DNA of 61,145 nt, from positions 1 through 61,145 of the IMG/VR virus record IMGVR_UViG_3300022920_000542. The stretch is one strand, 5' to 3'. The notes below the pieces were generated by a model. The model was not told the origin of the DNA. It did no database searches and saw only the letters and a list, made by a program, of their open reading frames with translations. How positions within the stretch are numbered: position 1 is the stretch's first letter; every line of letters begins with the position of its first letter. Positions 21,766-30,965 of this stretch are shown here, in pieces. This DNA is from a virus. Its lineage: Duplodnaviria > Caudoviricetes. The position numbers and the translations under genes are program-made.

Positions 21766-22491
21766 TTAATTTTTTGACTCAACCTGATAATTGTCGGGAA
21801 GATTACCCCGTTCTGCATCCCGTTTTGCTCTATGTGATTTTATATGTTCAAGAACACTCGGATCAACATTTTTAGTTTCAGACTGACCACCATTTGTCTC
21901 TTTCACAATTTTATTAACAGGTTGAAATCCAGTTTCTACATCTGTTAATGATGCAGAGTTTTCGGTGGTTTTCTTTGTGTCAGAGTATCTTGTTTGTGTG
22001 GGTGGCATACTTGCTTCGGTTAATTTTTCTGGATTGATCTGCAAATCAGATGTCGTTGCAATATTTTCTATTGTATCGTGAATATCACTATATTTTTTTT
22101 GAGAATAAACTTGATTGTTTATCGTAATATTCTTTTTTGTTTCTGTGTTCACAATGTTTTTGTCAGTAACCTTAATCAAAGACTCGATTTCTTCTTCAGT
22201 AACTTTCTCAACTACATTTTCAGTTGTGGTTGTTTCAGTTGTAGTTAAATCTACTGTTCTAAATTCATCATCTGATTCAGTTTCGTCTGTTGATTTAATT
22301 TTATTTCTAAGATGATTTTCAAAAACCGATAGCAGACCCGTTACAGGTTTTTTATCAAATGACTCTTCATATTTATCTTTATCTTGTAAAGAGTCTACTG
22401 ACATTTCCTGTACCGGATCTACTTTTTTATTTTTTTCTGAAAATCCTTTTGCTACTTTTTTAAACTTCTCGTCTATATTATCTAATGACAT
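21766..22491 (-). CDS. hypothetical low-complexity (T/E/K-rich) protein
   Basis: 241 aa ORF with AGGAG RBS. Confidence 0.6.
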   Translation of the reverse strand: MSLDNIDEKFKKVAKGFSEKNKKVDPVQEMSVDSLQDKDKYEESFDKKPVTGLLSVFENHLRNKIKSTDETESDDEFRTVDLTTTETTTTENVVEKVTEEEIESLIKVTDKNIVNTETKKNITINNQVYSQKKYSDIHDTIENIATTSDLQINPEKLTEASMPPTQTRYSDTKKTTENSASLTDVETGFQPVNKIVKETNGGQSETKNVDPSVLEHIKSHRAKRDAERGNLPDNYQVESKN

Positions 22492-22532
22492 TGTTTACTC
22501 CTGCTTTGGAACTAGGGGTTTAATTTCGTTTG

Positions 22533-22781
22533 TTATCCGATCCACTCAAATAAAAGAGTTGGCCTACCAATCTCTCCTTCAACTTTTCCTGCGGTTTTTA
22601 TAGTTCCCGTTTCGAGTGCCTTTTTAACACGAAACCGAAGAGTAATTGGAACGGCATCTGGATGACTTTTTTCTAAATCAGATATACTGAATTTTCCGTT
22701 TGGCCAATTCACTACTAACTTCTTTTTGCTGGGAAGTTTTAGTTCTGTTTCAACTTTAATAGTATTATTTGTATTTTTCAT
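22533..22781 (-). CDS. small putative winged-helix DNA-binding protein
   Basis: FSISDL....PDAVPITLRFRVKKALETG.IK..GK.....GRP pattern typical of wHTH. Confidence 0.55.
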   Translation of the reverse strand: MKNTNNTIKVETELKLPSKKKLVVNWPNGKFSISDLEKSHPDAVPITLRFRVKKALETGTIKTAGKVEGEIGRPTLLFEWIG

Positions 22782-22812
22782 AATTATATTATATTAAATT
22801 GAAAACATTCGG

Positions 22813-23001
22813 TCAATCTTTTTTTGATTCTGCTACCGAGGCCTTTCTGTAATCTGTTGCCAATTTTTTAATTTCACCAATTGCTTTTCTAGCTCTGGTT
22901 CCAGATACTTTAGTACCCGACTCTGCGTTTTGGTTGTGATTTTCATCAAATGCTTCGTATAAAGCCTTGATTTGTTCATATAGGTCTGTTGTGTTGCTCA
23001 T
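22813..23001 (-). CDS. histone H1-like (Hc1-family) small nucleoid protein
   Basis: GTKVSGTRARKAIGEIKKLATDYRKASV matches the GNKAAG.RARK...L.K....RK.S pattern. Start at MSNTT. Confidence 0.75.
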   Translation of the reverse strand: MSNTTDLYEQIKALYEAFDENHNQNAESGTKVSGTRARKAIGEIKKLATDYRKASVAESKKD

Positions 23002-23067
23002 AATTTTATATTTAAGGGTTAATGTTAATATATTATATAATGTTTGAAATTGATGCAAGAAAAAAAG

Positions 23068-23487
23068 TTAAGCAAATAAAATAGTATAAGAGTCTTCATC
23101 GGATGTTATATTCATAAAAGAAAACACCCACCGTTGAGTTTTCATGTGTTGAACGAACTCTGCATATGCTTGTTCTGTTTTTTCTATTTTAAATAACCGA
23201 CCCGCAACCTGCACGACCTCGTATTTATTTAGAAATGTGGTCCAATTAAGCTCACTTTCATTTGCAAGTAGATATTCATGTAAATATTTTTTTAAAGATT
23301 TCTCGTTATGTGCGAATAGATTTTGTAAGTGATCTTGGTTTTCTGAACTTGGAGTTTCGATTAATTGTGCAATTACTCCGTGTAGTTCCTTAAAATTATC
23401 TGCCAACTCTTTTACAAATTTTTTGGAAGTAAATGCAAGTTCTACAAAAATTAGAGAGGAATATGTGTTAAATTTTTCACTGTCCAT
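23068..23487 (-). CDS. hypothetical protein
   Basis: 139 aa ORF behind TTGACA-17-TAGTGT, divergent from the HNH gene. Confidence 0.6.
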   Translation of the reverse strand: MDSEKFNTYSSLIFVELAFTSKKFVKELADNFKELHGVIAQLIETPSSENQDHLQNLFAHNEKSLKKYLHEYLLANESELNWTTFLNKYEVVQVAGRLFKIEKTEQAYAEFVQHMKTQRWVFSFMNITSDEDSYTILFA

Positions 23488-23567
23488 TTATTTACACTAT
23501 TGTTATATTTTCAAAATGTCAAACAATTTAACATTGATTTTTTTTTAAAATGTTTTATTATAGAGTT

Positions 23568-24176
23568 ATGTATCAATATGTAAGTGGTTCTGATAACTTG
23601 GTTCTTTTGTTAACTCACTACTGGACTCCCTTGAATGTGACATCTGCTAAAGAAGGTTTAAAGAAGTTAATGGGTGCAAAAGAGCGATTTCACAAAACAA
23701 GACCAAAGGTTATGGCAGTTGCAAGTGACGGAACTACGTGTGACTGGGATACTTGGATCGAATATAAGCATGGATTTTATCCAAACCAACCATTTGTTCG
23801 TTCTGTTAATCATGTTATACCCGTTCCAACTATATTATTAACAACTGCAAACTTTACATATAATACGAAACGAAAACCTTCTCTAAAATATCTGTATAAA
23901 AAATACGAAGGATTGTGCCAAATATGTGGAAATCATTTTCCTCAAAATCAATTAACTATAGAGCACATCAAACCCAAGAGCAAGGGGGGTGATAACGACT
24001 ATTTTAATTTGACACTCACGTGCGTCAAATGTAATTCACGAAAAGGAAGTATATTTCCTTATTATGATTTTAAAGGAGATATTCTTAAAGCAGAACCACC
24101 AAAACCATTTTACGAAGTGGGTGGTGTTGGTCGTGAAGAATGGAAACCGTTTCTTTTTAAAAATTCGTCTTTTTAA
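23568..24176 (+). CDS. HNH endonuclease (McrA-like)
   Basis: CQICG...LTIEHIKPKSKGG..DYFNL.LTCVKCNSRKG. Start at MYQYV. Confidence 0.9.
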   Translation: MYQYVSGSDNLVLLLTHYWTPLNVTSAKEGLKKLMGAKERFHKTRPKVMAVASDGTTCDWDTWIEYKHGFYPNQPFVRSVNHVIPVPTILLTTANFTYNTKRKPSLKYLYKKYEGLCQICGNHFPQNQLTIEHIKPKSKGGDNDYFNLTLTCVKCNSRKGSIFPYYDFKGDILKAEPPKPFYEVGGVGREEWKPFLFKNSSF

Positions 24177-24179
24177 TTG

Positions 24180-24208
24180 TTGACATTTCTTATAAAAATA
24201 AGTACAAT
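24180..24208 (+). promoter_or_regulatory. sigma70 promoter of the tRNA cluster
   Basis: TTGACA-17 nt-TACAAT. Confidence 0.8.
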
Positions 24209-24308
24209 AGCAACATAATCAAATCTTCCTATGTAGATAACATAGGCAAAAGGTCTAATAAGAGGTGTCCAATCCATGTTTAATGATAGGGGCAAGTTTT
24301 TCTTTTGT

Positions 24309-24384
24309 GCATCGGTGGCTCGAATGGCTAGGCAAGGGACTGCAAATCCCTATCATGCAGGTTCGAGTCCTGTCCGATGCTCCA
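24309..24384 (+). tRNA. tRNA-Cys(GCA)
   Basis: Acceptor GCATCGG/CCGATGC, anticodon arm AGGGA-CTGCAAA-TCCCT, GTTCGAGTC T loop, U73, encoded CCA. Confidence 0.93.
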
Positions 24385-24396
24385 TATCAATTTTAT

Positions 24397-24472
24397 GCCA
24401 CTTTAGCTCAGATGGTAGAGCACCTCACTTGTAATGAGGATGTCGTCAGTTCGATCCTGACAAGTGGCTCCA
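24397..24472 (+). tRNA. tRNA-Thr(TGT)
   Basis: GCCACTT/AAGTGGC, CCTCA-CTTGTAA-TGAGG, GTTCGATC, encoded CCA. Confidence 0.95.
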
Positions 24473-24480
24473 TTTTATGT

Positions 24481-24557
24481 CGGGATATAGCGTAGCCTGG
24501 TATCGCGCTTGCTTTGGGAGCAAGAGGTCGCAGGTTCAAATCCTGCTATCCCGACCA
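24481..24557 (+). tRNA. tRNA-Pro(TGG)
   Basis: CGGGATA/TATCCCG, CTTGC-TTTGGGA-GCAAG, GTTCAAATC, encoded CCA. Confidence 0.95.
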
Positions 24558-24571
24558 TAGTTTTATTGTTT

Positions 24572-24646
24572 TGCTCGGTAGCTCAGTGGCAGAGCAGGTG
24601 ACTGTTAATCACTTTGTCGTTGGTTCGACCCCAACCCGAGCAGCCA
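24572..24646 (+). tRNA. tRNA-Asn(GTT)
   Basis: TGCTCGG/CCGAGCA, GGTGA-CTGTTAA-TCACT, GTTCGACC, encoded CCA. Confidence 0.95.
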
Positions 24647-24852
24647 AACTTGTCTCCACCTATTTTAAAATAACATAGTCATAAAAATAGAAAAAGAACC
24701 AAAGAACTCTGCAAGTTGAAAGACAAAAATCATTGCATCATTAATTGACCACACCGCTATAACCGAGTCATACGGTGGTAAGCAGTTGATGGTAACTGCT
24801 AGTGTTTATTATAAACCATAACTTTTTTGTAATAGATATATATTTATTGTTT

Positions 24853-25776
24853 ATGAAGTCCGAAAATATTGTTTGTGAAGAGTGGATAGGTTATAAACCT
24901 AATATGCCTGTTCAAGTTGTTGGTGTTAAAAACGGAAAGATTACCGGTGATGGTAGTGGTGTTGAGATATTCAAGAACCTCAAAGACGCACAACGCAGAT
25001 ACGATGATCTCAATCCTGAAGAAAACTCAATGAGATTTACATGGGTAACCAAAGGAGAAGTTAAAGGAAAAGACGCCGGACGATTTGAAACATGGAGAGC
25101 ATATAAAATGTATTCTATGGAAGAACAGATATTTCAAGATACAATGAAAGAAGCAAAATTCAATGCTCGTATTCTTCCTGCTAATTTAGAAGATATTGAA
25201 ATGAAAACTTTAATTGTTGCAATTGGAAGTGCAGTCGTTGGGTTATTAGATAAAATTAAAAAGAACACAGGTTCTAATGCTAATCCAGTAAGTTTGCAAG
25301 TAATAAAAGGTGGAGATGCTATCAAGTCTGCACTCAAAGATAAAATAGATTTAAAAGGCAAAGAAGCACTCGTAGCATTTTTTAAAGAAACAAACAAGCA
25401 TTTTGCAGGAAATGCACCTGTAATATCAAGTATAGTGAGGAAATATAAATTGAAATCAGATAAATATAGTGGTAAGGTATTTGCAGAACAAGAAACAAAA
25501 TTACGTGAACTTGTTCGTGGTTATTTAAAAAATAAACTTAATATGAACGAAGCAAAAAAAAGCAAAATGATTCCTATGGAGAAATATGGAGCTGCGTTCA
25601 TGGTTGATAACGGACATCTTATGTCGGTTGCTATGAATCGGGATGGTAGTCTTGAAACATTTGATGGTGACTTGGATTGGGGTGAAGTAACTGCTCCAGA
25701 ATCTCAAAAGTTTCTTGATGACATCAACAAAAAGTTCAAGACGAAGTTCAAGATGGATGACTTCGCAGGACGATAA
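24853..25776 (+). CDS. hypothetical late protein, possibly head-internal
   Basis: ATATTTAT 5 nt before the ATG; linkers with MEE, MKEA, LRELVR..L...MNEA. Confidence 0.6.
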   Translation: MKSENIVCEEWIGYKPNMPVQVVGVKNGKITGDGSGVEIFKNLKDAQRRYDDLNPEENSMRFTWVTKGEVKGKDAGRFETWRAYKMYSMEEQIFQDTMKEAKFNARILPANLEDIEMKTLIVAIGSAVVGLLDKIKKNTGSNANPVSLQVIKGGDAIKSALKDKIDLKGKEALVAFFKETNKHFAGNAPVISSIVRKYKLKSDKYSGKVFAEQETKLRELVRGYLKNKLNMNEAKKSKMIPMEKYGAAFMVDNGHLMSVAMNRDGSLETFDGDLDWGEVTAPESQKFLDDINKKFKTKFKMDDFAGR

Positions 25777-25814
25777 ATTTCTATAAAAATTGCGTTTATC
25801 GTATATTTATAGAC

Positions 25815-26141
25815 ATGGCAGATAAAAAAGAATTTAAAGGAAAACCCTTTTCAAAGGAAGATAGAGAACAGGCATTGAAAGATATTGTTCCATCTAATAT
25901 GGATGATAAAAGAACCGTATGTAATGTTGTTCGTTTGATATTTGAAAATTCCCAAGACGAAGCATATAATCTCGGAGCAATTCGTGAATTGGCATTAGAA
26001 GCAATGTGGATGGGTAAACGAATGAACGACAAACTTACTGATTATCGTCAAAAAGAAATGTACGAAGAGTATCTTGATCAAAAAGAAAGTCATTTAAATT
26101 CAAACTACGATATGTATCCTGCTCAGGGTAATTGGGACTAA
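25815..26141 (+). CDS. hypothetical protein
   Basis: 108 aa ORF directly behind ATATTTATA. Confidence 0.65.
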   Translation: MADKKEFKGKPFSKEDREQALKDIVPSNMDDKRTVCNVVRLIFENSQDEAYNLGAIRELALEAMWMGKRMNDKLTDYRQKEMYEEYLDQKESHLNSNYDMYPAQGNWD

Positions 26142-26172
26142 TTTCCACATCATCTGATATGTATATATTGGA

Positions 26173-27726
26173 ATGACTAAACCCAAGTGTACAAAAACAT
26201 CATGCTTGTATCCAGAAACGTGTGACTGGAATAATATGTGCATGACAGAGCAACTTGAAATAAGTAATTCTGTAAGACTTAATGAAACCTCAATTGATAA
26301 GATTGGGGTTCTTTTGTGTCATGGGTTTCTATCTAAACACGAACAAATGGTCCCACTAAGCAATTATATATACGAAGCCCTTGGGTGGGAAACTAGTTTA
26401 GTTGAATTAACCGGACATGGATATGATCAAGAAAACATTGCAACTGCAACTTGGAACAACTGGGTTGATGATGTAAAAGAAAAGTATTTAAGTTTAAGGC
26501 AACGATGTGATAAAGTTTATATGATTGGGTTCTCGTTGGGTGGTTGTGTATCTGCATATGTTGCTAGTTTAAAAAGCATACGACCTGAAGGTTTGATTAT
26601 TGTAAATGGTGTGTTTGGTGTTAAGAATGTTTTCAACAAACTTCTTCCTGGTGTAATGATCTACAACAAAGTATGCAGTAAATTGAAACTTCAAAAGATT
26701 ATGTTGGAATCGATAACCAACGATAGTGAAGATCCTGATTTGAATCAACCTCTTGTGAATTTGTCGGCAACAAACGAATTGCGTAAAATGTCTAAAATAG
26801 CAGGTACTATATTACAAGATGTTAAGTGTCCTACATTTTTAATTCAAGAATACAATGATCCAACTGTATTTTATGGAAGTGGAAAACGAGCATTCAAAAA
26901 ACTAGGTGCTACTTTCAAACGATTTTATACAACCAAGTTAAATACTCATCTTACGATTCATGACAAAGGACTTGAGTGTAGTGTGTTTTGTAAAGTCTTG
27001 GAATTTTTAAAAGATGTTGAAAAGGATGATTTCGTTAATATTGCTCATCGTGGAGCAAGTGGTGATTTTACTGAAAACACCCTGCAGGCATTTGAAGAAG
27101 CAATTGATCGTGGTTGTGATGCAATTGAATTTGATGTACAAATTATAGGAAGTCGTTTTAGAATATTTCACGACCGTAACTTTCATAGAATGTTTGGGAT
27201 TGATATTGAAACAAATAAAATATCGGAAGCTGAGGTATCTAAATTAGTTTATCCGAACCTTGAGAAACTTCCTACCTTACAAGAAGCACTTGATTGTATA
27301 AATGGTCGTGTTGATGTTAACATTGAAGTCAAAAGTAATCAAGTTGCTGTAAACATTGCTAATATAGCAGAATCATATTTAGGAAAACCAGAGTGGAAAA
27401 ACAAAAGCATTACTTTATCGTGTTTTAGTTTTGCTACTATAAACACATTGTATAGATTCCGTAAAAAAGCAAAACTTTCATATTTGTTGTACGACCAGTA
27501 TTGTAATTTAGAAGAAATCAAACGACTTAAAGATGATTATATTAAATACAACATTCATTCGTTGAATCTTCCACTTGAAAGTATTTCCAAGCAAATCATT
27601 GAATATTGCAACGACAACAATATTAGAATATATGTATATACCGTAAATGAAATCAAACAAATTCGTTATTTACGAGAGTTGGGTGTGAGTGGTGTATTTA
27701 CTGACTTTCCTAAATTGATAAGATAA
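26173..27726 (+). CDS. fusion of alpha/beta-hydrolase (carboxylesterase/monoacylglycerol lipase-like) and glycerophosphodiester phosphodiesterase
   Basis: N-terminal CHGF, LTGHG, GFSLGG nucleophile elbow, DPTV, H; C-terminal IAHRGAS..ENTL.AF, IEFDV, FHD, NIEVK, YTVN, GVFTDFP. Confidence 0.88.
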   Translation: MTKPKCTKTSCLYPETCDWNNMCMTEQLEISNSVRLNETSIDKIGVLLCHGFLSKHEQMVPLSNYIYEALGWETSLVELTGHGYDQENIATATWNNWVDDVKEKYLSLRQRCDKVYMIGFSLGGCVSAYVASLKSIRPEGLIIVNGVFGVKNVFNKLLPGVMIYNKVCSKLKLQKIMLESITNDSEDPDLNQPLVNLSATNELRKMSKIAGTILQDVKCPTFLIQEYNDPTVFYGSGKRAFKKLGATFKRFYTTKLNTHLTIHDKGLECSVFCKVLEFLKDVEKDDFVNIAHRGASGDFTENTLQAFEEAIDRGCDAIEFDVQIIGSRFRIFHDRNFHRMFGIDIETNKISEAEVSKLVYPNLEKLPTLQEALDCINGRVDVNIEVKSNQVAVNIANIAESYLGKPEWKNKSITLSCFSFATINTLYRFRKKAKLSYLLYDQYCNLEEIKRLKDDYIKYNIHSLNLPLESISKQIIEYCNDNNIRIYVYTVNEIKQIRYLRELGVSGVFTDFPKLIR

Positions 27727-27753
27727 AGTTGTTTTAATATATATTTATTCATC

Positions 27754-29310
27754 ATGGATGTCGTTGAACATTATCTATCGGAGATTGATTTAACCGATGT
27801 TTCTTCTGAGTTAAGAACTTTGTTGAGTGAAGCTGCCACTACAAATGCCTCGGATGCCGAAGTTGCTATATGTGTTGCGTATAACATCAAACAAGGTAAG
27901 AACGAGGTAGATGCTCTTAAATCGGCAGGTGTAGACAAATCAACCTGGAAAAAGATTAAAGCAAACAAATTAGTATATAGTGCAGGTAAAAAAGTTGCGA
28001 AAGGATTAAAGAACATCGGAGGTACTTTAATATGGTCAGGAAAAACATCTGCATCTACATTTTACAAAAACGGAAAAAAAGAAGCATCAAAAGCAGACTT
28101 AATAGGAAACAATCGTAATCGGTTATCGGTGAAGCAAGCAAGTGGTTCTGCAAAAAGTGCTCAACTTGTTAGTGGAACTTCGGGTGAAGCAAGAGGAGTA
28201 TTTGAGTTTGCAGTTAAACATCTTGAAGCAAGTGGTGGAAAACTGACATCTGATTCTGAGATTAAAGAGTTGTTTGATATTTTTGAAAAAGAAATGTCAA
28301 AAGCAATTCGTACTGATATAAATGTGGAAGTCGGAAAAGGTAAAAAGGATTTTCGTGATTGGGTTATATCTGACAGTGGTCGTTATGATGTTGTTAAGTC
28401 AAAAGCAAAGCAAGCAACGGACGATGAAATAAAACGACACATTCGTGCAGAGTTGGCAGTTAATAATGCTATATCAAATGCAGATGCTCCAAAACTTCAA
28501 GGAGATTACATCAAAGGAGTTAAACCATTAACTGCAAAGCAAATCAGCAAAATGCGTTCTGATTATATTTCATCGGATATGAAAATTGGTGATGTTACAA
28601 TTGCTAAAGATTATCTTGAAAAAGCAAATGTACCTTCTGATTTATTAACCAAGGAAGCACTTAGAACTCAAATAATGGATTTGATTGATGTGGCATTAAA
28701 AGCAGATACTTGGAAAACTCGTATTCGTGAGATTATGCAAAACAACGCAGAGCTTAAAAAGTGGATTGTTTATGAAGCTGCAAGTGGTCTTGGTAAGTTT
28801 ACAGGTAAAGCATCTAAAGGAGGAAATTACTTTGGTGATAATACTGCGGTTGCTAACAAGATATTGGTATTTGATTCTAAAGGTGTAAAAAAAGTACACG
28901 ATTTATTCAAGTGGTCACAAAGCAATGGTAATCTTTGTAATAATGTAGATATTAGTTTCAAAGGAAGTGGTCGCAGAAAATTCATTAAGTTTGGATTGGC
29001 TGCTGAATCTATTGATAGCAATATAGATAACATCATAAACGAAGAATACAACAAACTTGAAGATCAATTGAAACTGCTTAACGAAGGTAAAATTTGGGAC
29101 ACCATAAAAAGTGGATTTGATTCTGCGTCAACTTGGGTTAAATCATCGTATGATAAAATTGAAGTTTTACTTTTGCAATTTTATGAAAAGGTTGTAAAGG
29201 GAGTTCTTGATTACTTTTGGGAACTATTTCAAAAAGGATTGAGTCCCGTACTTGAAAAAATGGGATTCATTATGGAAGGTGTATGTTCGTTATCTGTTCC
29301 TGTTTGGTAA
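27754..29310 (+). CDS. putative PD-(D/E)XK-fold nuclease-like late protein, paralog 1
   Basis: DAEVAI, SKADL, RLSVKQ, AQLVSG...EA, YEAASG.GKF; shares MD(V/I)VEHY start and amphipathic C-terminus with the next gene. Confidence 0.55.
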   Translation: MDVVEHYLSEIDLTDVSSELRTLLSEAATTNASDAEVAICVAYNIKQGKNEVDALKSAGVDKSTWKKIKANKLVYSAGKKVAKGLKNIGGTLIWSGKTSASTFYKNGKKEASKADLIGNNRNRLSVKQASGSAKSAQLVSGTSGEARGVFEFAVKHLEASGGKLTSDSEIKELFDIFEKEMSKAIRTDINVEVGKGKKDFRDWVISDSGRYDVVKSKAKQATDDEIKRHIRAELAVNNAISNADAPKLQGDYIKGVKPLTAKQISKMRSDYISSDMKIGDVTIAKDYLEKANVPSDLLTKEALRTQIMDLIDVALKADTWKTRIREIMQNNAELKKWIVYEAASGLGKFTGKASKGGNYFGDNTAVANKILVFDSKGVKKVHDLFKWSQSNGNLCNNVDISFKGSGRRKFIKFGLAAESIDSNIDNIINEEYNKLEDQLKLLNEGKIWDTIKSGFDSASTWVKSSYDKIEVLLLQFYEKVVKGVLDYFWELFQKGLSPVLEKMGFIMEGVCSLSVPVW

Positions 29311-29339
29311 TAAAACATCTTTGATATATATTTATTGTC

Positions 29340-30965
29340 GTGGATATAGTAGAACATTATATTAAAAACATAGATACTTCTTTTGAAGTTGATGATATAT
29401 TATGTGAACTTGCATTGCACGATTTGTTTAAACGAGATAACAAGCAACGATTCATTGACAAAGTTGATGGTAACGAAGTTCTTGATGATAAAAACAATCC
29501 TCTTAAAATTAAAAGTGGTACTACTGCTTTATGGAAAGATATGAAGAAGCAACTTTTATCTGCAACAGACAAAGATGGAATTGCTGATTGGGGTGGTCGT
29601 GGTGAAACCAAGATAAAACAACTATTTGGTGTTCCTATTAGTAAAATAGGCAAATCTCAGAATGATATGAGTGGGGGAGCAAGTAGTGGAAATCCAAGTG
29701 GAGAAGATTGGGAAGCAATGATTGCTATTGGTCTTGCTACTATTGAAAAGAAAGACCCATCAAAAGAAGTACCTGACGAATGGTCAAGAATAGATCGAAA
29801 GGGTTTTTGGGATAGTGAATTTAATCGTGACATCGCAGAAAAGATTGCAAGTGCATTTAAGAAAAACGGATATGCACCCATTTCGCAAACTGGTAGTGGA
29901 AAGGGTGGTGTGGGTGTATCAAGTGAATGGGGAGAGATATTCAAAGAATACGGAAGTGGTAGTATGAACAAAACTCCAAAGACTGACCTCAAGGGAGGTT
30001 CAAAGAAAATTTCATTAAAAAAAGCAGGTGGTTCTCAAGCAATGAGTGCCAAGCAAGCTGAAGCAGCTTCTACATTCGGAGCAGCTGTTAGTATGTATGG
30101 TAAAAATTATCCAAGTAGTGTAAATAAAATCTTAGATTCATTTAAGAGTTCAATTCTTGATTTATCTGAAAGTGGTTACCGTGGTAGTATATCTGCTCTT
30201 GAAAAAGACATCAACGCAAGTGAAGGTGATCCAAAGAAAATGAAGAAACTTAAACCAGTAGTTGATAATTTGAAGCAAGCAAGAGATGATGGTAAGTTTA
30301 TTACATCTGAAATGAATCGTTTGTTTTTAAGTGATTCAAAATTCAAAGATTTATTTGTATTTGAAGCTGCTACCGGTTCTGTTAAGTTTGGTGATTCTTC
30401 GGAAAGTCGTGCTGATACTATGGTGGAAATTGATACTGATAGTGGTAAAATTACATCGCAATACAAAATGAATTCTCCAAGTGATATTTCTTCGTTAGCA
30501 AGTCAATACAAGTTTTATTTGTCATTCAAAACAAGTGGTAATAGCACTCCTTATATGGCACTTAGAGGAAATATGGAACAAGACCCAAAGAAGGTTACTG
30601 CGTGGATGAAGAAGCAGGTTGTAGAAAATAAAAACTTTTCAACGATATGTCCAACATTTTCTACTATTATTCAAGAAGGTTTCAAACAAGACGATTTTGG
30701 AAAAAGATTATTAACTGAATCAAGTTTCCAAAATCTCAATGAGTGGCAATTACTTAAAAAAGTTCGTGACGGAATAACATCTGTTAGCAACAAGGTAAAA
30801 GACCGTTTTGTTAAAATATGGAATTGGATTTCCGAACGAGTTTCTGTTGCATTTGATTGGTTAAAGAAGCAAGGAGCAAAAGCACTTGTTTATCTTCAAA
30901 AGTTTTTTGGAGTGAAACTTGACAAGTGTGGAATAAATGGAAAGATAGAACTTTTCTCTGCTTAA
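29340..30965 (+). CDS. putative PD-(D/E)XK-fold nuclease-like late protein, paralog 2
   Basis: DWEAMI, TPKTDL, KISLKK, SQAMSA...EA, FEAATG.VKF; GTG start behind ATATTTAT. Confidence 0.55.
   Translation: MDIVEHYIKNIDTSFEVDDILCELALHDLFKRDNKQRFIDKVDGNEVLDDKNNPLKIKSGTTALWKDMKKQLLSATDKDGIADWGGRGETKIKQLFGVPISKIGKSQNDMSGGASSGNPSGEDWEAMIAIGLATIEKKDPSKEVPDEWSRIDRKGFWDSEFNRDIAEKIASAFKKNGYAPISQTGSGKGGVGVSSEWGEIFKEYGSGSMNKTPKTDLKGGSKKISLKKAGGSQAMSAKQAEAASTFGAAVSMYGKNYPSSVNKILDSFKSSILDLSESGYRGSISALEKDINASEGDPKKMKKLKPVVDNLKQARDDGKFITSEMNRLFLSDSKFKDLFVFEAATGSVKFGDSSESRADTMVEIDTDSGKITSQYKMNSPSDISSLASQYKFYLSFKTSGNSTPYMALRGNMEQDPKKVTAWMKKQVVENKNFSTICPTFSTIIQEGFKQDDFGKRLLTESSFQNLNEWQLLKKVRDGITSVSNKVKDRFVKIWNWISERVSVAFDWLKKQGAKALVYLQKFFGVKLDKCGINGKIELFSA

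Noticed and set aside
20547-21818. Long N-terminal overlaps given by the ORF track (also 14926, 32603, 34153, 40186)
   Set aside because: Downstream ATGs give coupled, minimally overlapping starts and match paralog N-termini.
24265-24495. 76 aa ORF
   Set aside because: It overlaps three well-formed tRNA genes.
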